Source: a virus
Virus record (IMG/VR): IMGVR_UViG_3300028394_000042
Direction: 5' to 3' (one strand)
DNA length: 64,000 nt
Shown here: in pieces, positions 19,272 to 29,679 of the stretch
Numbering within the stretch: the stretch's first letter is position 1
Layout of the letters: the number at the start of each line of letters is the position of its first letter
Made by a program: the position numbers and the translations under genes
The notes under the pieces: generated by a model
The model's database searches: none
What the model was told of the DNA's origin: nothing
What the model saw: the letters and a program-made list of their open reading frames with translations, nothing else

Positions 19272-19979
19272 TCAAACACTACTGCGCGTTACGCCTTTGT
19301 GCGCCGGGCGAGCAACTTTCGGAAGCTTGAACGTGCCGTTGTTGGCAACGATGTTCCGCATAATAGCCAGCAAGCGTTTTGTCGGCGTTGCGTAGGTCTT
19401 GTAAAACGCCTTTGATGCCGCTGAGTAGTGCGCATGAAATTTGCCAGTACCGTCACTCATATCATCTCTAACTATGCCTGTATTGCCCTCGAATGTCTGC
19501 TCAATCAAACGAAGTTGCGCCATCGAAAAGAATTTGTCTAGACCGTTTGAGAAGCCGTCACGGTGATACCGCTCACGATTAATTACTTCGCCAATATTGT
19601 TGTACACAAACTGATTTAACGTTGTGTTGTTGTTGTAAAGTGTGCAGCTAACAAACAAACCACCTAGCGCGCAACACGCGCACTGCGTAATGTGGTTTGT
19701 CAACAAAATCTTTCTGGCGTCAGAATCGTCTAAGTCGGAAGAGTAGATTGATTCGGCTACACGCGGATTTTGTTTAGCAGAAATAAAATGCCCAGATGTT
19801 GGCTTGATCTTCTTGGTTTTGATTTGCGCAATCACGTCTTTTGCAATAAGCACGCGCTTCTCTGCGTTGTTGGCTGCCTTGAAGAGTTTTTCGCGTCTAG
19901 CAATTTCCCGCGCTACACGGGCGGCTGTAATCGCTTGCTGTTGTTCTGGCGTTGTCTTCTTTGTGGCTGTCTTCGTCAT
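19272..19979 (-). CDS. phage hypothetical protein
   Basis: 235-aa ORF; CACCALGG and RLLAIMRNIVANNGTF motifs. Confidence 0.65.
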   Translation of the reverse strand: MTKTATKKTTPEQQQAITAARVAREIARREKLFKAANNAEKRVLIAKDVIAQIKTKKIKPTSGHFISAKQNPRVAESIYSSDLDDSDARKILLTNHITQCACCALGGLFVSCTLYNNNTTLNQFVYNNIGEVINRERYHRDGFSNGLDKFFSMAQLRLIEQTFEGNTGIVRDDMSDGTGKFHAHYSAASKAFYKTYATPTKRLLAIMRNIVANNGTFKLPKVARPAHKGVTRSSV

Positions 19980-20006
19980 TGGTCATGTCCTTTGTGGTTG
20001 TTGAAA

Positions 20007-21299
20007 TTACTGATCAAGTTCAAATCGTTTGGAGTCCGTGTTGTCGAGCAGATCGGGGCCCTGTTCTGGCTTAATTGGTTGCGTCGTGTCTAACACGCGG
20101 CGGCGGTAGGTGATAGATGGCGCCAACTCCTTCGACCCATGCCTGTCCCGCGTAAGCTTGCGCCAATCAGCGGGGCCTGACGAAAACGTCCATTCGTCGC
20201 CGTCCTGCAGCACATCGTCCTCCCCTAACTTCCGCCACCCCTCGCCAGCGTCGGGTTCGGGCTTTGATGTAGTATCTGCTTCCATCTTTGCGCGTATGTC
20301 ATTGTTAACGATATCAACAGCCGCCGGGTCAGCCTTTTCAACTATGTGCTGAAGTTCGCGTAGCTCTTCGGGCGGTAGCCACGGAATAGGCTTAGACACG
20401 CGACGGCGATATGTAAACGATTCGTCGGCAGTTGCGCCCCAACCGATGTTTAGCAGCTTTTCAAATTTGCCGGCAGCGTCAACGCGTTCGTCTTGCTCGC
20501 AAAGGGTTTCACCCTCTGCAAGCCATCGCCAGCCATAGCCGTGATATAGCGGTTTTGCAGGTGCTGCTGGTTCAACAGGCGTCACGCGGCGGCGGTAGGG
20601 TTGTGACATGTCGCCAACGCGCATTCCAAAATTAACCGTAGCGACCCACCGTCCTGCACCGTGCCCCACACGGACCTCGTCCCCTAACCGCAGGATGTCG
20701 TCCTCCTTCAAGTCCCGCCACCCCTCGCCAACGTCGGGCTTATCCCCGTCGATTTCCACGGGATTGTCTGGCGTCACGCGGCGGCGGTAACGCCGACCAG
20801 AACCATCAAAATCTGTAATCCGTGAGCCTATTTTGTATTTTGTTGGCACCCAAGAACCATCACTAGCCTCAAACTCGTCGCCATCTTGCATAACAGCATC
20901 CGGGCCAAGAATTACCCACTCTGCGCTAACGTCTGGCGTCGGCACTGTTGGCGCATGTACCGGCAAAATATTGCGCAAACGCAAACTTAAATGCCTATGT
21001 GAAGCGGCGTCACGCACTTTTTCTATTACAGCATCACGCTCAGAAACGGCGCTGCTCAAAGTCTCAACAACCTGCGCCAGCCGAACAAGCTCTTTTGCTT
21101 GCGACTGCGTTAAGTTAAGTGCGGCGTCCCGTTCTTTGATAACTAAATCCCTGTCATTTTCTGCTGCTAAACGCTCACGGTGCGCGTTCGCCAGTGCGTC
21201 ACAGTAGGTTCGAGTCTCGCCATGCAAGCTATCAATTTCATCTTGCAGTTCTTTGCGGGACTGCGGTGGCATAAGCCAGTCAAGAATTGTCTGAAACAT
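20007..21299 (-). CDS. repeat-module protein (4 YRRRV modules)
   Basis: Likely start MFQTILDW; internal repeats. Confidence 0.7.
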   Translation of the reverse strand: MFQTILDWLMPPQSRKELQDEIDSLHGETRTYCDALANAHRERLAAENDRDLVIKERDAALNLTQSQAKELVRLAQVVETLSSAVSERDAVIEKVRDAASHRHLSLRLRNILPVHAPTVPTPDVSAEWVILGPDAVMQDGDEFEASDGSWVPTKYKIGSRITDFDGSGRRYRRRVTPDNPVEIDGDKPDVGEGWRDLKEDDILRLGDEVRVGHGAGRWVATVNFGMRVGDMSQPYRRRVTPVEPAAPAKPLYHGYGWRWLAEGETLCEQDERVDAAGKFEKLLNIGWGATADESFTYRRRVSKPIPWLPPEELRELQHIVEKADPAAVDIVNNDIRAKMEADTTSKPEPDAGEGWRKLGEDDVLQDGDEWTFSSGPADWRKLTRDRHGSKELAPSITYRRRVLDTTQPIKPEQGPDLLDNTDSKRFELDQ

Positions 21300-22098
21300 T
21301 GTCCGAAGTCTCCGTAGGTGAAGTTGAATTAGCTGCAGCAGCCATAGCGCGAATACGCCGGCCGGGTTTATGCCCGGGATACGCATACGGATCAACCGGT
21401 TGTGCGGCTCTACTTGCATTAAGTGCGCTACGTGCATTAAGTGCGTCAATTTCTAGCTGCCAATGCTGTAAACGAGCTGCGTCAGCAGCAGGCACAGAGT
21501 AATGCCGTCCAAGCTGCCGCTGACGCACTGCCTCGGCGGACCAGTACGACATCATCGAATCGTTGCGCGCTGTTCCGTACGGCTGCCCCATTGACGCCAC
21601 CGCATCTATATTTTCGACCGTGTTTGCCGGGCCGCTGGTTACCGAAGAAACCGGCACAGTCACAGCGGGCACTGCAACCGAAGCGCCAGTTGCCGGCGAA
21701 AGTTGCTGAGCAGGCCAACCGTCAGCAGCACGGTTAATAGCATTAAGGTTAATACCGTGAGGCAATACAAATGCGTGCGTGTTGCTAAGCGTTATCTGGC
21801 GCTCACGCGCGTAATCCGCAACCTCTGCAGCCATTCCCTGCCGCGTGTAGTTGTTCACGACCTCAACGGCAGCGGGGTCAGCCATTGCAGTTGTTTGCTC
21901 TAGTTCACGCAGCTCTTCTGGTTGCAACTGAGGCACCGGCCGTTGTTGAGCTGGTCGTCCCCGCAAATCAACCGACAGCGACAAATTCCAAAGATCACCT
22001 GCGCCACTACTCCCCGAAAAACTCATGCTGGTGCAGCGCATCTCCGGAAAAATGCGGCTCAGCGCTGCGACCAGCTCCGCGTGCTGCTGCTCATTCAT
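21280..22098 (-). CDS. hypothetical protein
   Basis: Start MNEQQH; shares PEELREL...ADPAAV..VNN with the downstream gene. Confidence 0.55.
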   Translation of the reverse strand: MNEQQHAELVAALSRIFPEMRCTSMSFSGSSGAGDLWNLSLSVDLRGRPAQQRPVPQLQPEELRELEQTTAMADPAAVEVVNNYTRQGMAAEVADYARERQITLSNTHAFVLPHGINLNAINRAADGWPAQQLSPATGASVAVPAVTVPVSSVTSGPANTVENIDAVASMGQPYGTARNDSMMSYWSAEAVRQRQLGRHYSVPAADAARLQHWQLEIDALNARSALNASRAAQPVDPYAYPGHKPGRRIRAMAAAANSTSPTETSDNVSDNS

Positions 22099-22199
22099 AA
22101 TCGGCACCGTGGCGTCCAAGCCGCTGCCAAAACAAAAGAGGCAGCATAGAGCACCGGGCTGCAAAGTCAAGAATCCAACGCATAAAACCAACCCTGAAT

Positions 22200-22495
22200 A
22201 AAAAAACTTGCCATAACTTGTTGTGCAGACAGCGGTTACGGCAAAAAATGAGTTTTGATGTCATTGAACTAGCCTCTTTTTTTGCGCCGTAACTTGTGCG
22301 CACCAAACACGTTACGTCAAATTTGGGAATAAAAACATGTCCGACTTGTGCGGACCTAGAGTAGTCTTTCAGACTACTTCGGAAGCCACTACGTGGCTTT
22401 TTCGAAGAAGAGCAGAGAGAGAAAAGAGAGTTTTGCCCGGATCACCGACAGCAAAAAAATAGCTGCGGTAGGGGCGGGAGACCCGCCCCTACGCG
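22200..22495. promoter_or_regulatory. largest non-coding gap, with two TAAC-N17-GTTACG palindromes, A/T tracts and three hairpins
   Basis: Palindromes at 22210-22242 and 22286-22318; hairpins AGTAGTCT/AGACTACT, AAGCCAC/GTGGCTT, TAGGGGCGGG/CCCGCCCCTA. Confidence 0.5.
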
Positions 22496-22515
22496 CATAG
22501 CCGATTACTTTCTGC

Positions 22516-25126
22516 TCAATTATTGGCGCTGTCTTTGCCGGACTCCGAAGACTCTGATTTCTCCACATCCACACTTGGCAACACATCGAAACAATACATT
22601 GGCATGTCGATGATAAATCTGTCGCCAAGTTCATTGTGCACGAACATGCAGCGCATATGCGGTTCTGCTGGTTTACCTGCAATGTGCTCATGTATCATTG
22701 TGAACACGACAGGAAAATTAACGTCACTTGGCAATCGTTCGATGAAGTCTTTGTCGAGCGTGCGATTGTAACCAACTTGATGCGCGACATTGTTGATAAG
22801 TTTCAGCAGGTTCTTGTCTGCAAACCTGACCGTTTTGGTTTCTTTGTTATTCGCTATCATGTTTAGTCTGCCTCTCTTTGTGCGCAACTGTACTGCTTTT
22901 CTGCCCGTGCGATAGACTCCTGCAGCAAGACCCAGTCATCTGCCGTCACACATTCCTTGTACTCTTCGAGCGTACTTGCATCAGGTACGGGTAAACCATT
23001 TGCGATGGCGTCAAGGTCGACGACGCACACGTTTACGCCTTTGTTAGGCCATGTTGCCGCTGTGCCACCTTGCACGATTACCAACACTTTAGGCTGATAC
23101 ATCAGCACCATCGGCATAGTCATTTTGTTCTTTCTGCTTGTGGTTATTCGTAAACGTTCTGCATGTAAGCTATCTGCATTGCATTCGGCCACGCAGCTCT
23201 GACTTCCAGCTTGCGCGCCTCGATAGCGTCTTTTTCTGCTGCTGTGGGTTCTTCATCAAACTCGTCGTCGTTATCGCCGAGGTGCGCTGGCCTATCTGGC
23301 AGCTTGTGCTTTTTTGCCAGACGGTACAGCTGCACGACTGTGATGTGCAATTGCGCGGCCATCTCAGGAATAGACTTGCCAGATTGCCACACGGCGAACA
23401 ACTGTGGAACTGGAATACGGTGCGGCTCTACACGAGTAAGCTTTGCTCGCATCTTGCGGTTTTCTCTACGTAAGTTGTCGTGGTTTAGATATCTATTCGC
23501 CGGTCACGACGGTCCAGCCGATATGGCTGAACACTTCTTTTGTGGCGATGACGTCCGGGTCGTCGGCCTTGCCCATAGTGAGGGTCATGCGCTTGGCAGC
23601 CTTGTCAAACTTGAACATGACGCCAGATCTTGGAATACCCCAGACGCCACCGTCTGCGATCATAGCCACGAGGGTTCTGCACCAGTCCAGCACGTCTTCA
23701 GACGGCTTGGGGCCTGTTGGCTTGCCGGCGCGGTTGTTTTCAGGGAAACAGCGGTTGATTGCGACCATGGCGCAACCTCCTTTTGGTTGGGCTAGCTTAC
23801 AGCAGCTTAGCTATTGGTCTTTTTAGCAAACGCGGCTGTGGCGTCCAGTACCCACAGGTCGTTGCCCACTTCCAGCCGCGCAAGCCGTTCCAGCGTCTCG
23901 TCGTCGTACCCAAACCTTAGATCGCCGCCCCACCTGTTCTCGATGGGCAGGATATCCGGCCACATTGCTGTTTCCTCTGCGTACGCCTTGTCGAAGCCGC
24001 ACGCGCGGTAGAGCGCTATGACGTGCTCCCTGTAGCGCTGGCTGGCTTCTTCACCCTTAAGCCGCGGCGCGAGCATTGTAGCTGCTACGTCGCTCACTCT
24101 GTACCGCAGGCAGTCGAGCGTCGTGAGCAAATTCTCCAGCAGCTCTGTGGTCGTGTCGTCGTCGTAGGCGTGGTCTTCGTCGAGGAAGTGCGCTGCGAAC
24201 ACCCGGCACACATTGTCTCTGGCCTCGCTGACTGTGAGCGTTTCTTTGTCTGCCGCGAGGAACTCCATCCGCAGCGTTGCGTTCATGCTGCGCTTTTTGT
24301 TGTCGTTTTCACTGGTCATTGGTTCTTCCTTTTTTGCCGGAAAAAAATGTTTCTTCGGGAGAAGGAAAAAGTGTGTCTGTCACAAACCACCGCCGGCGTT
24401 TCATGTCGGCTGCTTTGGCTGAGCCCGGCAGCCCTTCTTTTGAAACCCATATCCACGCTTGCACATATGCGCCTTCTTCGTTACCCAACGTTACAGTATT
24501 ATCCAGCGATATAGCAGCGTTGTCGTCTACCTCGATAATTCCTTCGTCCCTGCATTCTTTTGCTGCGGTTACGTATATGTCGCGCAGCTCCGAGTGTTGC
24601 GTTTGCGCAGCCTCGTTAACTTTGATTGCTAACACGCTGTTTGGTCTGATATCTTTCAGATTTTCAAAACGGATAGCCAGCCAGCATGCAATTTCGTCGC
24701 GCGGAATATCGCCTTCTAGTTCTCTTTCATTTATCATTGTTCGTCATCCAGTTCGTCTTTTGTTGTTGCCGTAAATGGTCGACGGTTGCGCCGTGGCGTT
24801 ATATACATCGGGTGCCGGTACAACACTTGCCGGCCGCGCGTTGTTTTAATTTCAAGAATATGTTCGTCGCCTATTTGCACGGCACCTCGCGAGCGCTTGC
24901 TGTATTGTATTATTGGCACTTTGGTGCTGCCGTTGCTTCGCGAAACGTACCCAATGTCCCGGCTCGGGCTTTCGTCGTAACCCCAAGCTTGACCAATGTC
25001 GGCGCCGCTTGTGCTGCCGTAAATAATTGACACACGCGTTTTATCTGCCATGCATTTTTCTAGGACAGCAATAACATCGTCTGCCGTGTTTTCGTTATAC
25101 GACGTGCCTTGCGCGCTAACTTTCAT
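22516..25126 (-). other. run of seven small hypothetical CDSs (22516-22860, 22863-23123, 23144-23452 HTH-like, 23493-23768, 23807-24319, 24309-24737, 24734-25126)
   Basis: Abutting minus-strand ORFs typical of phage early regions. Confidence 0.55.
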
Positions 25127-25785
25127 GGCGTTACTCTTTGAGGGTTAAACAGCGTTAAACCAATTGAGCGCAGCTTCTCCTTTACTTCCGCCAACGACAC
25201 GGCTCCAAAATTCTTAGCTGCGAGCAGTTCTTTTTCTGTGTGTTGCGTCAGCTGGTAGACCGTGTCAATGCCTAGCGCTTTCAGGCATTTACGGCAACGC
25301 ACTGACAGGTTGAGCACAGCCACTGGCGACGGCGCCGTGATCTGCGTAACCGTGGCCGGCACTTTTGGCGTAGAAAATGAGTAGTCAAGTGTGGCTGCGT
25401 TTACGTGAATCAGAAACTTGGAGTACAGCGCGCAATTTGGCAACCAGTCGTCTTGGATCGGCAAGATCTCGACAAAGTCGTCACCACCCACCAGCTCGCG
25501 GCTTGTTTGGTACCAGTCATCGAACGCGCCGATATTTGGGTTACAGCCTTCGGCGTACGCTACTGGCTGGCCGCGCATTCTGTTGTTGCTCATAAGATAG
25601 ACGCCGCTATCGTGGACAAACAGAATAGCCGGCCCTGCTGGCGTTCTATTTGTTATTGGCGGCAAACCCAGCTCGGCTAGTGCTTCATCTGTGTCGTTTT
25701 CGTAGCCCATGTCAAACTCAGTTGCGGCTTTAGCGTCTCCAATAAGCCGCCGCAAATCTGTTGTGTCAAAACTGCAAACACCCAT
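25123..25785 (-). CDS. DUF3085-like domain fused to RNA polymerase alpha C-terminal domain
   Basis: FVHDSGVYLMSN..AYAEGCNP..GGDDFVE, followed by LNLSVRCRKCLKALGIDTVYQL...ELLAAKNFGAVSLAEVKEKL. Confidence 0.8.
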   Translation of the reverse strand: MGVCSFDTTDLRRLIGDAKAATEFDMGYENDTDEALAELGLPPITNRTPAGPAILFVHDSGVYLMSNNRMRGQPVAYAEGCNPNIGAFDDWYQTSRELVGGDDFVEILPIQDDWLPNCALYSKFLIHVNAATLDYSFSTPKVPATVTQITAPSPVAVLNLSVRCRKCLKALGIDTVYQLTQHTEKELLAAKNFGAVSLAEVKEKLRSIGLTLFNPQRVTP

Positions 25786-25786
25786 G

Positions 25787-28510
25787 TTAATTTCCTTGTT
25801 CGGTATTGAAGGCTTTGGTGGCTTTTGCTATAGCGGCATTTGCGTCTGCTATAGCGGTTTTGATGGTGTTGTCTTCGTCAGGAAACATGCCGGCCATTTG
25901 CTCGGTTTGCCAGATAAGCGCCGACAGTGCCGCACGCAGATTTTGCGCAATTGATTTAAAATCCGGTTTAGCGTTTTTAGCCATTACGCACCTTTACATT
26001 CAGCGTGATCAGCGCACGGCAAACATACTGCCGGTTCTCGTCTGGGTACGTTTTCAAATATTTTGCCGCAGGTAGCGCACGGCGCATACCCGCCGCAACT
26101 GTTGCAACACGTCACAATTCCCTTTTTGGGGTGGCGCCACGTGCGGTTCAGCTCTGCTGGCGTATCGCACTGCTTGGCGCAGTAGCAGCAAGGCGTAGGC
26201 ATCACGTGTCCTCTTCCATTGTGTCGTAGGGGGCATCACAGGCGTCGACAATTTCTTCGTCTGTGAGTTTGTTGATTCGCTCAAGCAATGCAGCGCGTAA
26301 CTGCGCGCCTGTAACGTCTTCAGCGTGAGAGTCTGTGCTGCCGAATACTTCGACAGCAAATGAAAATGCGTGGTTGTACGTGATCGGCATTTCAGGTTGT
26401 GTCCTTGTTGTCTGCGTCTAAATACGCGTCATTTGCAACGTCTGTTTTGTGCTGGTTTAACAGCTCGACCATGGTGTCATGCGTGGTAGACCAGTCCATT
26501 GAGTCTTCAATGTGTTCGGTAGCGGCATACCACGCGTCATCGTCCAGCTGGTCAAATATGTCAGCACTCCACCACGACAGCACAATACTTTTTACGCCTT
26601 CTTTTTTGGCTTCTTGCAGCTGTTTAATTGCTTGCTCAATCGTCATGGCGTGTGTCCTTAGAGTTATCTAACTGAAATTACTGTGCGTGATTCAACGCTG
26701 TCGTTGACGGTGTGCGTATAATGCGTAATTCTGATGTGCATGTCTGCGTAAGAATTTCCCCGGCGCTTTTTTCTGTTTATCGGCGGCACAACTAACTGCA
26801 GCGTTCCGCGCCCACCCATGCCGGTGTACCAGCACAAGTGAGCAGGAAGCGGCTGCTTCATATCATCGCGCGCTATGCTGGCGGCTATGTCCATATCAGG
26901 GTAATCTTGACGCGCGCGGGATCGGTGTACGTACTCCACTAAAGCCTTAGCAAGTTCTTTCTTTTCTGTTTCTTGCTGAGTTGCGTTAAGCGCCGTAAAG
27001 GGTATACCGTACTCATGCTTGAGCGTTGTTACGCTATATACGCTTTTGATCAGTGCGCTTCTAGACGCAACACTTGGCGCCGCCGCGCCTGCCGACGGGA
27101 TAAAACTAAATTCTGGATCGTTGCAAATTACAGTGCCGTGGTCGCCTGCATACTCCATGAGTATGCTCACAACACCCGCATCTCGAACACTGTTAACGAC
27201 TGCTTCGATAATCTCAGCTGGCGTTTTCGGTGGCGCTGCTTTTTTTGCCATAGTTACCTCCTTTTGTTTGCGCCGCATTGATTTTGATATCAATACAGCA
27301 GGTCACTAGACTACGACACTTTTTTGCTTCGAGTGCTCGACAAAATAGCCGCCACTCTACGAACAATGCGTGTTGGCGACGCACGATGCTTGATCGTGTG
27401 CCCGCCCACGACCACCGTCTTACGCTTAAAAGCACCTGTGCTCTTTCTGCTCACCAGCACTGTCACAGTTGTCGTGGGCGTTTTGCGGCGGTCTTTACCT
27501 TCGTACATGCGGATCCACGAGGGGGGCAGCGCGCCCATAACTTGCGGGCCGGGAGGCAGATCCCATGTACCAAATTTGGTACTGCCGCGCTTGCGTCGCT
27601 CCCATTTATTGATCTGTGCTCGCAGCGCTGGTGGCGTGGAGAAACGAACGAAAACCTTGGCATCTTCATCGATGATCTTGATGATCCCCGCTCCGACCTC
27701 GAAGCGGTAATGATCACCAAAGCCGGCGTGGAGAGCCAGTCCAATTACACACCGCACGGGATCCCGAGGGATTCCGTTGTCGATGTGTTCTTGCGTGATC
27801 ATGAACATCTGACTGATAATTGCGTTAACTGCTATCCAGCCATCGTTGCATTTCACCGGTCTACCCATTTTCAGAAGCGGGCAGCGCGTGCTTGCGGAAA
27901 CTCGCGGCTTGTTATTTTTCTTGGTTTTGACGGCCATCTTGGCGGTTCCCTTTAGGCATGAAAAGAAAAAGCCCAGCGCGCATATGCCTAATGCGGGCGG
28001 GGCTCTGGTGCGTCAAACTACAAACTAGAAATAGAGTTAAAGCTCGTTGTTACAAAGTATCTGCTTAACAAACTCACCCATGGCGTCCACCGCGACCGTC
28101 TTTTCGGTCGTCAGCTTAAGACGTTGGATAACTTGCTTGAGTTTTTCGGTGGTTCCCGTATACGAATACTCACTCATTACCTCGGCGGAGTCGGGGTGCA
28201 TAGGGGACTGCCCTAGTTTGGCTAACTGTGCTTTGGTGGGGTGCAAATCCAGCCTGACATAGAAGTACCCGTCCCAGATCCACTTGATCTCGTCCGACTC
28301 CAAAGTGCTGGGTTTTAGCTTTCCCAGTTCTTTGCAGGCAAACGCAATGGCTTTCTTATGCCATGCGTCGTACTCCTTCTTCATTTGTGTCTGTTTCTTT
28401 TTTTGTGCCTCCCACGCTTTACGGAGCGTGACGAGCTTGCCCTCAAGCAATACGATCGCCTTGTCTCTGTCGATCTGTATCGCTAGTTGGCGCAATTTCT
28501 TCTTTGCCAT
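25787..28510 (-). other. run of small hypothetical CDSs (25787-25984, 25984-26205, 26202-26390, 26392-26646, 26664-27251, 27311-27937, 28037-28510)
   Basis: Abutting minus-strand ORFs. Confidence 0.55.
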
Positions 28511-28538
28511 CTGCACTCCTAACGAAGTTGATTAATCA

Positions 28539-28576
28539 CAAAAGAGAGGGCGCCGGAGAATTTCCCCGGCGCCCTC
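28539..28576 (-). terminator. rho-independent terminator
   Basis: GAGGGCGCCGG/CCGGCGCCCTC stem followed by TCTTTT on the minus strand. Confidence 0.6.
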
Positions 28577-28627
28577 ATTGACTCTGGTTGCTGGTCCGTT
28601 TACCGGACTAGCTGTTTGTTGCCGGTA

Positions 28628-28954
28628 TTAGCGGCGGACGGGCTTGACGACCGTACGGGTGCTCTTGCGCACGACGTGACCGCCAAACAGCCGGTGCCGG
28701 CAGCTTTCGTCCTGCGTGGTCTCGGTGCTGTAGAGCTTCTGGCACTTGCCGCTCAGGCAAACGACAGAGGCCGGGGCGGCCGAGACACAATCAACGCACG
28801 CCGGCGCAACGACAGCTGCGGGAGCTGCCGTGACGACAACAGCCGTTGGCTGCTGCACAAGCACACTCACCGGCTCGCCGGTATTGCCAGCAGCAGCCAC
28901 GCTGCACGCGACACACAAAGCCACAACCGCCAACAGACAGGTAAACAAACGCAT
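28628..28954 (-). CDS. small secreted Cys/Val-rich protein with signal peptide
   Basis: AAGGAG RBS; MRLFTCLLAVVALCVACSVAAA signal-like N-terminus; downstream terminator. Confidence 0.65.
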   Translation of the reverse strand: MRLFTCLLAVVALCVACSVAAAGNTGEPVSVLVQQPTAVVVTAAPAAVVAPACVDCVSAAPASVVCLSGKCQKLYSTETTQDESCRHRLFGGHVVRKSTRTVVKPVRR

Positions 28955-29093
28955 AGCACTTAACTCCTTCGGAACACACCAAACTAGTTGACGCATACGT
29001 GCGCCAACTCACAATTACGTCTAGTTCCACCAGACGCAGTGATCTTCTTTGTGGTATCGGTATAACCGACGCCCCGGCACTTGCCAACCCCAG

Positions 29094-29402
29094 TCAGTTG
29101 TCTAAATACACCGCAAGCGCGGCATTTTCTATTGCTGCGCGTAATTTAGGCGTTGTCAGGATTAACTGAAGTGCCCATTTTGTCATCAGGACTGAAAAAT
29201 CACCGCCGCCAAACCAATTAATCGGCAGCAGGTCTTTGATCTCTGCTGACGCAGGTACAGCCGGGCAACCGTCACCGTCACTGTCTCTCTGCGCTGCCGG
29301 CTCGCCCGGATCTATGTCCAGCACCACGGTGATGGGCACTGCTGTGGGGTACCCCAGCGGGCTTGTGCCGTCTTCGTCCTCAATAACCCACTCTAGTTCC
29401 AT
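29094..29402 (-). CDS. hypothetical protein
   Basis: ORF coupled by TAATG overlap. Confidence 0.5.
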   Translation of the reverse strand: MELEWVIEDEDGTSPLGYPTAVPITVVLDIDPGEPAAQRDSDGDGCPAVPASAEIKDLLPINWFGGGDFSVLMTKWALQLILTTPKLRAAIENAALAVYLDN

Positions 29403-29671
29403 TACAGCGCTCCAGTGGCTGCGACATGCCCGCTAGCCATCTTGTTGTTGAGCCACGCCTCTTCAGCTGCCAGTGCTTGGTTGCGTGTATCAAACGGGCC
29501 GAGCATTGGCCCGCCAACTGGCGCCAGATCAGCGCACCACTTTACGGGAAGCGTAGCTGTGGGTTCAACGTGGCTGGCCCGGGCAATACCCAGCGCGCCA
29601 AGTTTAGTCAGGTCGATGTCTTCGCTGTACAGGCACTGCGCTGTGCCATCTGGCCGCACGAACAAGTTCAT
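29402..29671 (-). CDS. conserved small protein of DUF1257/DUF2997/AAA clusters
   Basis: CLYSEDIDL..LG...ARASHVEP...W.ADL.PVGGP.LGPF..R..ALAAE.AWL. Confidence 0.65.
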   Translation of the reverse strand: MNLFVRPDGTAQCLYSEDIDLTKLGALGIARASHVEPTATLPVKWCADLAPVGGPMLGPFDTRNQALAAEEAWLNNKMASGHVAATGAL

Positions 29672-29679
29672 ACTGCCTC

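Noticed and set aside
14685-21299. Diversity-generating retroelement TR/VR pair
   Set aside because: The repeats are short, differences are not adenine-specific, and no reverse transcriptase is present in the window.
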